In this document: one piece after another, positions 37,255-45,799 of the stretch | Layout: each line of letters starts with the position of its first letter | Numbering within the stretch: position 1 is the stretch's first letter | Assembly (NCBI GenBank): GCA_036386835.1 | Contig: DASVUX010000028.1 | Span: 66,095 to 130,094, forward strand | Reading direction: 5' to 3' | DNA: 64,000 nt | Source of the DNA: Bacteroidia bacterium | GTDB lineage: Bacteria; Bacteroidota; Bacteroidia; 2-12-FULL-35-15 | Notes under the pieces: model-generated | Database searches by the model: none | Seen by the model: the letters and a program-made list of their open reading frames with translations, nothing else | Told to the model about the DNA's origin: nothing | Translations under genes and position numbers: made by a program

Positions 37255-39873
37255 ATGAATATAGGAAAAGTACATAGTTATAAAAAGATGCTTGCCCAGC
37301 TGATATTGCTGGCAGTGCCAACTGCTATGCTTCTCTTCTTTTTGCTTTGGGACATCAACAGGTTTTATGATATTCTTGAAAACAACTGGATCAGGCAGGG
37401 GATCTATTTTTCCTCCGGGCTGGCTGCTGCGGTTATTTTTTATGCCTACCGTTTTCGTTTTCTGCCAACAGCCCTTATTGTTTTTATGTTTTGCTATTCC
37501 TGTTACAAGCTCTCAGGAAGCGTCACTTTCGGTGAATTTGATTCGTTCTATCTTTCCATCCAGTTCATGGTATTCAGCTTTCTCTTTTCAACCGGATGGC
37601 TGTGCGGTTTCGGTTTCAGCCGCTCCAGGTACTTCACCGTGATCTGGAGCATCCTCCTGCTGGTGATCCAGATAGTTGTTGTGAGTAAAATTTCCGATAT
37701 AAAAGTCAACACACTTATAAATGCCTTTGTCCCGATCCTTGCGTATGCCGTGTATATAATTTACACCGCAGAACTTATCAGGAATATGAACGATGATGAG
37801 CCGAAATTTACATGGTTCATTCTAAAAAGATTAACCGGATTTTCGGTGGTAATTCTTGTCCTGTTCCTTTTGATCCTCAATGTTTTCAAAAATGATTTCC
37901 AGGCAGTGGAAAGGGATTGGGGCGGTAACCCGCAGCAATCCGAAAAAGGCAGGGAACGCGGGGAGAACATGAATAAAAAGGACGGCAAAGGAAATATCAG
38001 CAATAAGGACCAGACCAAGCTGACAGGTTCTCTCAGCAAGGATAAGCAGCTTGTGTTTGTAGCCAGGCTTGATAATTATTTCCCGGATAATATTACCCCT
38101 AACCCACTTTATTTCACCGCATTTTATTTTACCAAATTTGATACGCTGACGCAAACTTTTGAGCGCGACAGCCTGATGCCGAGCAATGATCTTTTTGCTC
38201 CGGATCCTTCCGCAATTCCCCTGTATTTTTCGAAAACGGATTCATCGGTGATCAACAATACTTATGCAACCAAACACCGAAAAGTAGTGAGTGCCGATGT
38301 ATATAAAGTTGCCCTTGCACCTGATGCTTTTCTTGCCCCGTCAACAGCCTTTTCCTGCCAGCCCATGTCGGTGCCTAAAGAAGTGAAGGAGCAGTACAAG
38401 AGCTCATACCGCGCAAAAATGTGGGTAAGTGACCTGAACAGCGCTTACTTTATTTACAATCCTGCCGGCAATGCTCAACTTGCAGAATTCCAGGAACAAC
38501 GGTTTGAGGAGCTGCGGAAAATAAACAAAATGACAGGTCCGGATAAAAAGTTCATGGATTACTATACGTTTATGCCGAAAGATGAGGAGTACAAAAAGAT
38601 CTCGGAACTTGCGAAAGAAATTACGGCACCTGCCTCTGCCCCGATCGATAAGATCACCGCCATCCGTGATTACTTCCTCAGCAAGGATGAATTCGGCCAG
38701 CCCCTTTTCAAGTATTCCGACAATCCCGGGATCCCGGGAATGCCAAGCGCTAACAAGCTCACCTATTTTCTCCTTGAAAACAGGAAAGGTTATTGCGCAT
38801 ATTATGCCGGGGCTACATTATTCATGCTCCGTTCACTTGGCATTCCTTCACGTGTCGCTGCAGGATACCTGACAGTTGACAGGAGCAGTAAAAATCCGGG
38901 GTGGTATTGGTTTTATGCCGACCAGGCCCATGCATGGGTGCAGGTGTATTTCCATGGTTACGGCTGGATGGACTTCGATACCACAGTACCGGATGTGAAT
39001 ACACAGCAATCGCCTCAGCCTGACGGGACACCGCCAATGAATATTCCGCAGACATACATGGTTGCCGATGGAGAAATAAATTCACTTGACACAGCTGCAA
39101 AAACAATAAACATGATCATCACCAAGCTGCTGTATCATGATAAAGATTATGAAACGGCAAAACCAAAACAATTATCCATCGATGTTTCCATCGCGTCCAT
39201 CAGTGCAGATACCGGTGCGGTTAAATTAAGCACCTTAAAAAAGGGAATGCACATTACAGCCGTTTCATATTCCGAAGCCTTGAAAACAATTACAGCCTCT
39301 GAAACCGACAGTCTTGCCTCCATATTACAAAAGCTTCCTGTTCCCGCCCCGGTTGACGAAGTGAAGCTTCTTATCCTGCCGGCATTAAAGGACTTAATGA
39401 AGCAAAAAGAAGAGAAGGCAAAAGAACCGATCAATTGGGAGAGGACTATTATTATCATGTTATCTGTACTTGCTTTTCTGGTCTTATTATTATTCCTGGG
39501 TCCCTGGATCATCTGGCAATGGATGAATGGCAGGGCAAAGCGAAGTGGAAAAGATAAAGCATACTACTGTTACCGTGCTTCATTGTATTATCTGAATCAA
39601 ATGGGACACAGCCGCCTTTATGACGGCCCGCAGCAATTTGCAGACAGGATAGATGCTCAATTCGGAACATCATTTAACCAGTTCAGCAATGCATACCAGA
39701 AATCAAAATACAGCCGGATGCCTCTTACTTCAGCAGAAACAGAAGTACTCAATAATTCTTATACTGGTTTCATCCAAACTGTTAAAAAGCAAATTCCGTT
39801 CAAAACGCGGCTTGCAAAATTCCTCAACATCTATAACACAATTCACTACTTTACACAACCTAAAATAAGCTAA
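37255..39873 (+). CDS. Transglutaminase-like polytopic membrane protein (TgpA-like)
   Basis: N-terminal multi-TM domain, a Cys-His-Asp transglutaminase core ('GYCAYYAG', 'HAWVQVY', 'DFDTT'), and a C-terminal TM. Start placed at the Met immediately after the upstream stop. Confidence 0.75.
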   Translation: MNIGKVHSYKKMLAQLILLAVPTAMLLFFLLWDINRFYDILENNWIRQGIYFSSGLAAAVIFYAYRFRFLPTALIVFMFCYSCYKLSGSVTFGEFDSFYLSIQFMVFSFLFSTGWLCGFGFSRSRYFTVIWSILLLVIQIVVVSKISDIKVNTLINAFVPILAYAVYIIYTAELIRNMNDDEPKFTWFILKRLTGFSVVILVLFLLILNVFKNDFQAVERDWGGNPQQSEKGRERGENMNKKDGKGNISNKDQTKLTGSLSKDKQLVFVARLDNYFPDNITPNPLYFTAFYFTKFDTLTQTFERDSLMPSNDLFAPDPSAIPLYFSKTDSSVINNTYATKHRKVVSADVYKVALAPDAFLAPSTAFSCQPMSVPKEVKEQYKSSYRAKMWVSDLNSAYFIYNPAGNAQLAEFQEQRFEELRKINKMTGPDKKFMDYYTFMPKDEEYKKISELAKEITAPASAPIDKITAIRDYFLSKDEFGQPLFKYSDNPGIPGMPSANKLTYFLLENRKGYCAYYAGATLFMLRSLGIPSRVAAGYLTVDRSSKNPGWYWFYADQAHAWVQVYFHGYGWMDFDTTVPDVNTQQSPQPDGTPPMNIPQTYMVADGEINSLDTAAKTINMIITKLLYHDKDYETAKPKQLSIDVSIASISADTGAVKLSTLKKGMHITAVSYSEALKTITASETDSLASILQKLPVPAPVDEVKLLILPALKDLMKQKEEKAKEPINWERTIIIMLSVLAFLVLLLFLGPWIIWQWMNGRAKRSGKDKAYYCYRASLYYLNQMGHSRLYDGPQQFADRIDAQFGTSFNQFSNAYQKSKYSRMPLTSAETEVLNNSYTGFIQTVKKQIPFKTRLAKFLNIYNTIHYFTQPKIS

Positions 39874-39875
39874 CA

Positions 39876-40898
39876 ATGGAAGAGAACATTCAGATAGACC
39901 AGGCACTGGCCAATATTCAAAAGCTGGTTGACAACATGGAAACGGTGATCCGCGGAAAGAAAACTCAGATCCAGTTTGTGATCACCGCTTTGCTTGCGAA
40001 GGGACATATCCTGATGGAAGACAATCCTGGTACAGGGAAAACCGTAATGGCCAAAACCCTTGCAAAAAGTATTGCAGACTCAACAGGAAGCTCGGGGGTT
40101 AATTTTAAAAGGATCCAGTTCACACCCGATCTTTTACCGATGGACCTGATCGGCTCACATATTTTCGATGATGTAAAAAAAGAATTCGTTTTCAAGAAAG
40201 GCCCGTTATTCTGTAACGTGCTTCTTGCGGATGAGATCAACAGGGCTTCGCCAAAAGTGCAATCGGCTTTACTGGAGTGTATGGCTGAACACCAGATCAC
40301 GATGGGCGAAACAACTTATCCCCTTGAAAAATTATTCTTTACCATCGCCACGCAGAACCCGGTGGAAATGGAAGGCACTTATCCCCTGCCGGCTGCGCAG
40401 CTCGACCGCTTCTTCATAAAGATCTATTTCGGGTATGTTGATGAAGCAACAGAGCTGAATATCTACAAAGACTACCTTGGCATCCAGAAAAACCAGGACA
40501 ATATGAAGCAGGTGCTGAGCATGAAGGAGATCCTTTTTTTACAGGAAGAAACTGAGAAAGTGTTTATCCATGATGAGATCATCACAGCAGTAAGAAATAT
40601 TATCCGTGATACCCGCAATCATCCTGATATTGTTTTGGGAGCTTCCATCCGGAGCGGCATCATTTTCTTAAAATGCCTGAAAGCATTTGCACTTGTTAAC
40701 GGAAGGACTTTTGTAACTGAAGATGACCTTCGCGGAATAACACTTGCCGTGCTGGATCACAGGCTGATCTACCGGAACCGCGATGCAAGGGTAAAAGCCC
40801 TGCCTGCGATCATCGGAAAAGAACTGGACAGGCTTAGTAAACTCAACTTAACCGTAAACCGTACAGCTTTTGCACCACGCACTGAAGAAAATATTTAA
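39876..40898 (+). CDS. MoxR-family AAA+ ATPase
   Basis: 'MEDNPGTGKT' Walker A, 'LLADEINRASPKVQSALLE' sensor region, and the typical ~340-aa size. Confidence 0.9.
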   Translation: MEENIQIDQALANIQKLVDNMETVIRGKKTQIQFVITALLAKGHILMEDNPGTGKTVMAKTLAKSIADSTGSSGVNFKRIQFTPDLLPMDLIGSHIFDDVKKEFVFKKGPLFCNVLLADEINRASPKVQSALLECMAEHQITMGETTYPLEKLFFTIATQNPVEMEGTYPLPAAQLDRFFIKIYFGYVDEATELNIYKDYLGIQKNQDNMKQVLSMKEILFLQEETEKVFIHDEIITAVRNIIRDTRNHPDIVLGASIRSGIIFLKCLKAFALVNGRTFVTEDDLRGITLAVLDHRLIYRNRDARVKALPAIIGKELDRLSKLNLTVNRTAFAPRTEENI

Positions 40899-42909
40899 TC
40901 AGGGATTCTTCCTGCTATTCACTCTCCTGAGTATTCCCTGCCTTGGCCAAAACAAGGCAGCGGAACGATATGAGATTGATGCAAAAAGAATCGGGGTTGC
41001 CCCTACCGACAAAGATGCATTGCCGCGGAGCAGGGAATTCATCCGCCTCGACAGTACTTATTATGTAGGCTGGATGTATGAAGGCATCTATAAATATGAG
41101 CGGAGTGCGGATTACCTCGGATATAAATTTGCCGCAGTACCCTTGCGGAAGGCCTTTGACCTGCTTGAAAAGGACTTTGGCTCACAGCTGAAGAACATCT
41201 ATTCTTCGTTTATTTATTATAACCAGTACCAGGTCCGGATGTCGGACCTCTATACGATTGCTTACGCACTCCAGAACTGCTATAACAGCATAGAGATGCC
41301 AGACTCCACCATGGCGCTGCTTGACCGTATAGAAAGCTTCCATTTTCAAAAAGATTATTTTAATATTTATAATGAACGTGCCTGGATCTATCACCGCAAC
41401 CGCTTTTTCACTTCAGAGAAATATAAGTTCCTGAAGAACTCTGTGGAAGAAAACGAGGAGATGGCATTCCGCTGCTGTTATCACCAGCTGGACCTTATTC
41501 AATACAACAGGCCGGTAAATGATTATTGGTTCGGGACGCAGCAGAGCACTGATGATATTCTTGCAGTAGAGCACAACCTCGCCCTGATGCATTGTTACAT
41601 GACAAATTACGACAGCGCTGAATACCATTACCAGCGGCTGATTGAAGGCAACAGGGTCTCATGGAGCAATTATGCCAACATGCAGCATGAGATGGGGAAT
41701 ATTGACAGCGCCATTCTTTATTACTCCATGCCTTATACCGGTCGCGAACATGCATTAAGCGAAGCTGATTATTATCTTCCTTCCATTTACATTTATGGTG
41801 GGCGGACCAAGGATGCCCTCAGCATGGTGAGTGATAAGATCGAAATGAGCGGGTCCACTCCTGGTTTCGGATGGTACAACATTGCCCTTGCACGAAGCTA
41901 CCTGTATGACGGCCAGCTGGACAGCGCAGGATTTTTCCTTGACAAGGCACAAAATTTCAAGGAGCTGCATCTCCATACAACGCTTACGCAGCAGCAGTAT
42001 GAATTCACCATTAATCTTCTGCGGGTACAGCTGCTTGACAAGCAGATGGAACAGGTGAAATTCCTGGATAAAGGCTGGTGGTACTCTTTCAGTGGTTTGT
42101 ATGACTTGCTGTCCCTCAAGATCCAGAAAACCATGATGGAATATGTTGTCGTAAATGAGCTTGCTGCTAACCCTGAAAGAAAGAGGATCATTTATGATCT
42201 TTTCTGCGGGGAATCAACAGTTACGTTTGATGAGGTCATGTACCTCCTTACTGATTTCAGCTCTTCTTATTTTCAAAAGAAATGTGACCACAGCAAGCAG
42301 AATGACAAGCGTAAAACCGTAAGAAAATACTTCTCACTCTTTTCAACGAAATTAAAATTGGCTGATGGCGAGGAAAAGGATGCTTATGCTGAAGCCAGCG
42401 CGTTGCTAAAAGATCTTAATTCACCCAACGGGATTCCCACTGACACGACTAATGAAAAATTATTCCTTGCCCGGCTTTATGAGGTGCTTGCCGCATCAGC
42501 GGAGGATGATGAAAGTAAGGAATATGACAACTACCAGGATAAAGCGCTGGAAGAATTCCCTCAGCTGGTTCCTTTCTCCGGGAATACTATAAAGATGAAG
42601 CTGACGGTAGCGGGCAATACAAACGGGACAATAAAAGAAGTGATCGATGATCTTAAGGATTGCAATATCAACTGGGTGGAAAGCGGCAATAATATTCCTG
42701 AAGTGAACATCAGCATTTCTGAAAAGGGGAAAAATTACCAGGTCCTGTACAATGTGATCAGCGGCAGCGGAAAACCAATTGTATCAATGGGGGAAATGAT
42801 CTTTACCAAAGCAGACGGGGCGGGAAAAGAACTAGCATTAAGACTCTTTGGAAAAGGCGGTGCCCTGAAGTATGAGAAGGTTTGGGAGGAGCCGGAGAAG
42901 CTGCCTTAG
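40870..42909 (+). CDS. Secreted hypothetical protein with alpha-helical (TPR-like) repeats, probably in an operon with DUF58/TgpA/MoxR
   Basis: Signal peptide ('FFLLFTLLSIPCLGQ') and a helical, Tyr/Leu-rich sequence. Overlaps the moxR stop by 29 nt. Confidence 0.45.
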   Translation: MHHALKKIFNQGFFLLFTLLSIPCLGQNKAAERYEIDAKRIGVAPTDKDALPRSREFIRLDSTYYVGWMYEGIYKYERSADYLGYKFAAVPLRKAFDLLEKDFGSQLKNIYSSFIYYNQYQVRMSDLYTIAYALQNCYNSIEMPDSTMALLDRIESFHFQKDYFNIYNERAWIYHRNRFFTSEKYKFLKNSVEENEEMAFRCCYHQLDLIQYNRPVNDYWFGTQQSTDDILAVEHNLALMHCYMTNYDSAEYHYQRLIEGNRVSWSNYANMQHEMGNIDSAILYYSMPYTGREHALSEADYYLPSIYIYGGRTKDALSMVSDKIEMSGSTPGFGWYNIALARSYLYDGQLDSAGFFLDKAQNFKELHLHTTLTQQQYEFTINLLRVQLLDKQMEQVKFLDKGWWYSFSGLYDLLSLKIQKTMMEYVVVNELAANPERKRIIYDLFCGESTVTFDEVMYLLTDFSSSYFQKKCDHSKQNDKRKTVRKYFSLFSTKLKLADGEEKDAYAEASALLKDLNSPNGIPTDTTNEKLFLARLYEVLAASAEDDESKEYDNYQDKALEEFPQLVPFSGNTIKMKLTVAGNTNGTIKEVIDDLKDCNINWVESGNNIPEVNISISEKGKNYQVLYNVISGSGKPIVSMGEMIFTKADGAGKELALRLFGKGGALKYEKVWEEPEKLP

Positions 42910-42920
42910 AATTCTGTCAT

Positions 42921-43060
42921 CCAATGTTTTTGTGATGGAGTGTGTTGTCATTTTGACTGTAAGGAGAAAATCCTAATCTTCAACAAAACACGATTTATAA
43001 GCAACAGATCTCTCGGCTACGCTCGAGATGACAGGTAACCTGTGTCATTTCCACTGAAAG
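42921..43060. repeat. Cluster of palindromic intergenic repeats ('GTCATCC', 'GTGTGTTGTCATTT', 'ACAGATCTCT.G.CTACGCTCGAGATGACA')
   Basis: 42942-42956 matches 30201-30215. 43003-43035 matches 50350-50381 with 2-3 mismatches. A hairpin lies at 43027-43050. Confidence 0.6.
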
Positions 43061-43213
43061 GAAAAATCTCATGAGCAGATTTCTTACTATCGGTCGACAA
43101 TATCAAAAAACATAACCAATTTTTACATTAGCAACAATATTTGGAGTAAAGTAACTTCCTTCACTTTCGAAGCGGAATGTCCGAATGGCGATAAAAACCG
43201 TTGTTAGTGCTAG

Positions 43214-44197
43214 TTATTCTAAAAACCATTTGCGCAGTTCACTTGTTATTTCCTCACAATCACAAAGAATGTCGGGGCTTACTCCGTCCCAGTATTCTTT
43301 CTTATTACAGTCGGCATCTACTGAGGTGGTAACAATTAAATATTCTTCTTCAGCGATTTTGATCGATTTGTTAGCGGTAGAAAAACCTGAAGTTTTGGAG
43401 CCAAACATTTTGGACGTTTTAATGCTTTTCGTGGAGATAGCAACCGCTTCTCCGGAACTGGAAGTGCGCGGACCGATTAGCACAGCAATTTTCAATTTTT
43501 TATTTTTTAGTTTATAAAAGATTGGTGAGGATAAATATTTGTTTGTTTGTGAAGATTCATTATACCATATTTGACCATTCGATTGACTCCAGCTTACATC
43601 TTTTTGGCTGCCTATAAAGTATCCTAAAGTGCCGTTTGGGTAGAAAGGAGTTAATGCAATCAACATTGGCCACATATTTCCACCCGTATTATTTCTAAGG
43701 TCAATTATCCACCCATCCAGTTTTTGCTGATCAATAGATTTTATTGAATCAACAATCTCATTAATATATTTTTCCGCCCTGATCCTGGATCCTTCTTTGT
43801 TAAAGACGTCTGTTGCGAACCCCGGAACTTCTATATACCCGATCCCGGGAAGTTCTGTTTTGAAATTAATATTACATGTTCCCGGGAAAGCAGGATCTGT
43901 TCGGACAATACGATTACTTTGATATAAATTTCTTCCTTTAGTTTTATAAAATGTATGTGGATTGCCGTTAAGATCCAATGCCAAAATGATTGCAGAGTCT
44001 CTTCGGATTAAAGCTTTTTCTAAAACTTTCCTTTCAAAATCTCTCCAATCTATTTTTTCTTTTTCTAATGAATTTTCCCGGAATGCTGTAATAAGGTTTT
44101 TATAGAACTGTTTTTCATCCGGGGAAAGAGTTCTTTCGACCTGTCCGAAAACGAAGCTTGAAATTGATAAAAACAAGATTATGTATTTAGCCTTCAT
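43214..44197 (-). CDS. S41-family peptidase (tail-specific protease-like domain, no PDZ), secreted
   Basis: Signal peptide. 'IIDLRNNTGGN' and 'IGPRTSSSGEAVA' S41 Ser/Lys-dyad region. The gene is AT-rich. Confidence 0.7.
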   Translation of the reverse strand: MKAKYIILFLSISSFVFGQVERTLSPDEKQFYKNLITAFRENSLEKEKIDWRDFERKVLEKALIRRDSAIILALDLNGNPHTFYKTKGRNLYQSNRIVRTDPAFPGTCNINFKTELPGIGYIEVPGFATDVFNKEGSRIRAEKYINEIVDSIKSIDQQKLDGWIIDLRNNTGGNMWPMLIALTPFYPNGTLGYFIGSQKDVSWSQSNGQIWYNESSQTNKYLSSPIFYKLKNKKLKIAVLIGPRTSSSGEAVAISTKSIKTSKMFGSKTSGFSTANKSIKIAEEEYLIVTTSVDADCNKKEYWDGVSPDILCDCEEITSELRKWFLE

Positions 44198-44540
44198 ATA
44201 ATTACTACTAGTGGTTTAGGGCGTTGCATTGTGGCCTTTTGAAATCGTAAAACTGCCATCAGCCAAAGTTCATCACCTACTCAAAACATCTATTCAACAG
44301 TCCGCTTACTATGTAAACCTGTGTAACAGTTCGTGTAAATAAATTCAAGTCGTAAATTTGGTCATTGTCGAGGTTGTACTGCACAGACCACCAACAGTCT
44401 TTTGCTATTTCGTCTGCGTATTCTACTTTTTTCCAATCATCATGTTCAGCGCAACGCACAAATACACATTCAATTTTAATGATTCTGTCGCCTTCAATAC
44501 TTGTTCTTCCGAAATAACGTCAAATGGCGCCAGACTTATG

Positions 44541-44840
44541 TTATGCTGCGTTGTGAGTACATTGCTTGATAGCATTCAGTTCAGCCTTCTTTTCGTTTTT
44601 TTCTTCTTCAATGTCAAAGTCGTCCTGAAGTCCAAGCCAAAACTTTGCAGAGTTTCCAAAATATTTAGAAAGTCTGAGTGCGGTGTCTGCGGTAATACGT
44701 CTGTTCCCTTTTATGATTGCCGAAACGCGTGTCTGGGGAATTCCAATGTCTTTAGAAAGTTTATAGGCTGTAATTTCCAGAGGCAACAAAAATTCTTCTT
44801 GCAGAATTTCTCCGGGATGTATGTTTTTTAATTTTTTCAT
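44541..44840 (-). CDS. higA: HigA-family antitoxin (XRE HTH)
   Basis: 'IHPGEILQEEFLLPLEITAYKLSKDIGIPQTRVSAIIKGNRRITADTALRLSKYFGNSAKFWLGLQ' is the canonical HigA/VapI pattern. Confidence 0.85.
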   Translation of the reverse strand: MKKLKNIHPGEILQEEFLLPLEITAYKLSKDIGIPQTRVSAIIKGNRRITADTALRLSKYFGNSAKFWLGLQDDFDIEEEKNEKKAELNAIKQCTHNAA

Positions 44841-44849
44841 TTCGGTTGT

Positions 44850-45131
44850 TTAGTGATAATCAATTATTTCCACTTGGTCAGCATTACCATTATTCCACTT
44901 GAAAATTATGCGCCACTGGTTGTTAATTCTAATTGAATAAAAGTCTTTATAGTTCCCTTTTAATTTTTCAAGTCGGTTCGATGGCGGAACTTGCAAATCT
45001 GTCAGATCTTGAGAGTTGTTTAACATTCTCAGTTTTCTCCGCGCCATTTCCTGTATTTCGGTCGACAAACCCTTAATTCGTTCACCTTCCCATATTTTCT
45101 TAGTGTCCTTGTCACCAAATGATATAAGCAT
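44850..45131 (-). CDS. higB: HigB-family toxin (RelE/ParE superfamily 'plasmid maintenance system killer')
   Basis: 'FGDKDTKKIWEGE...KLRMLNNSQDLTDLQVPPSNRLEKLKGNYKDFYSIRINNQWRIIFKWNNG...VEIIDYH' HigB pattern, immediately upstream of higA. Confidence 0.85.
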   Translation of the reverse strand: MLISFGDKDTKKIWEGERIKGLSTEIQEMARRKLRMLNNSQDLTDLQVPPSNRLEKLKGNYKDFYSIRINNQWRIIFKWNNGNADQVEIIDYH

Positions 45132-45330
45132 ACTGCCGTTTTACGTTACTTACGTCAAAGATAACTAAATTGTCAATGGAATCCAAATTGTCGAGGAGAT
45201 AATTGTGTCGGGCTATACACCGAGCAATGGGGCATAACTTTATAAATAGGAGCAGTTTCTAAAAAGCTTTACTCATACCCTTAATAAATATAGCACGGAT
45301 TTTCAAATATGCATGTTAATACGTTTTCAC

Positions 45331-45705
45331 TCAATACACAATCTCATAACCGCTGATCTTTATCAACTCCGGGGCTTTGTTCCGTATTTTGGGAATAAAC
45401 ACCCCGGTTGCTTTCTTATAAACATGGACAAATTCCATTGCGGTTTCGTTTTTGCAAAAAGCCTGCAAACGTTTTAACTGCTCCACTTTAAATTCCAGGT
45501 CTTTATACACGATATGCCCGCTGCCATTTACAGATTTCAGCGACAGCGTGATAGCGCCTTTTACCAGCTCTATTGCAGCATGAAATGTCTCTTCCCTGTG
45601 TTCATTGAGCAATTGCTCGAATGATTTAGCTGCCTGGTATTCTGATGGATAAATGATCCCGATCCGCGGGGTTTGGTCCTTATATAGTTTAATGAGTATC
45701 TGCAT
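45331..45705 (-). CDS. Hypothetical protein (orphan, AT-rich islet)
   Basis: 124-aa ORF with no recognisable motifs. Coding potential is moderate. Confidence 0.4.
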   Translation of the reverse strand: MQILIKLYKDQTPRIGIIYPSEYQAAKSFEQLLNEHREETFHAAIELVKGAITLSLKSVNGSGHIVYKDLEFKVEQLKRLQAFCKNETAMEFVHVYKKATGVFIPKIRNKAPELIKISGYEIVY

Positions 45706-45799
45706 GAAGCAAAATTACCTTCACATGCATCGAACTGTAGCTACAGAATATAGTTTGTTGAAATAAAAAACCCCTGTCGCTGTGACAAGGGTTTCTTTT

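Noticed and set aside
44277-44459. 60-aa minus-strand ORF between the S41 peptidase and higA
   Set aside because: No motif, and it could be non-coding spacer of the islet. I kept it only as a note within the islet finding.
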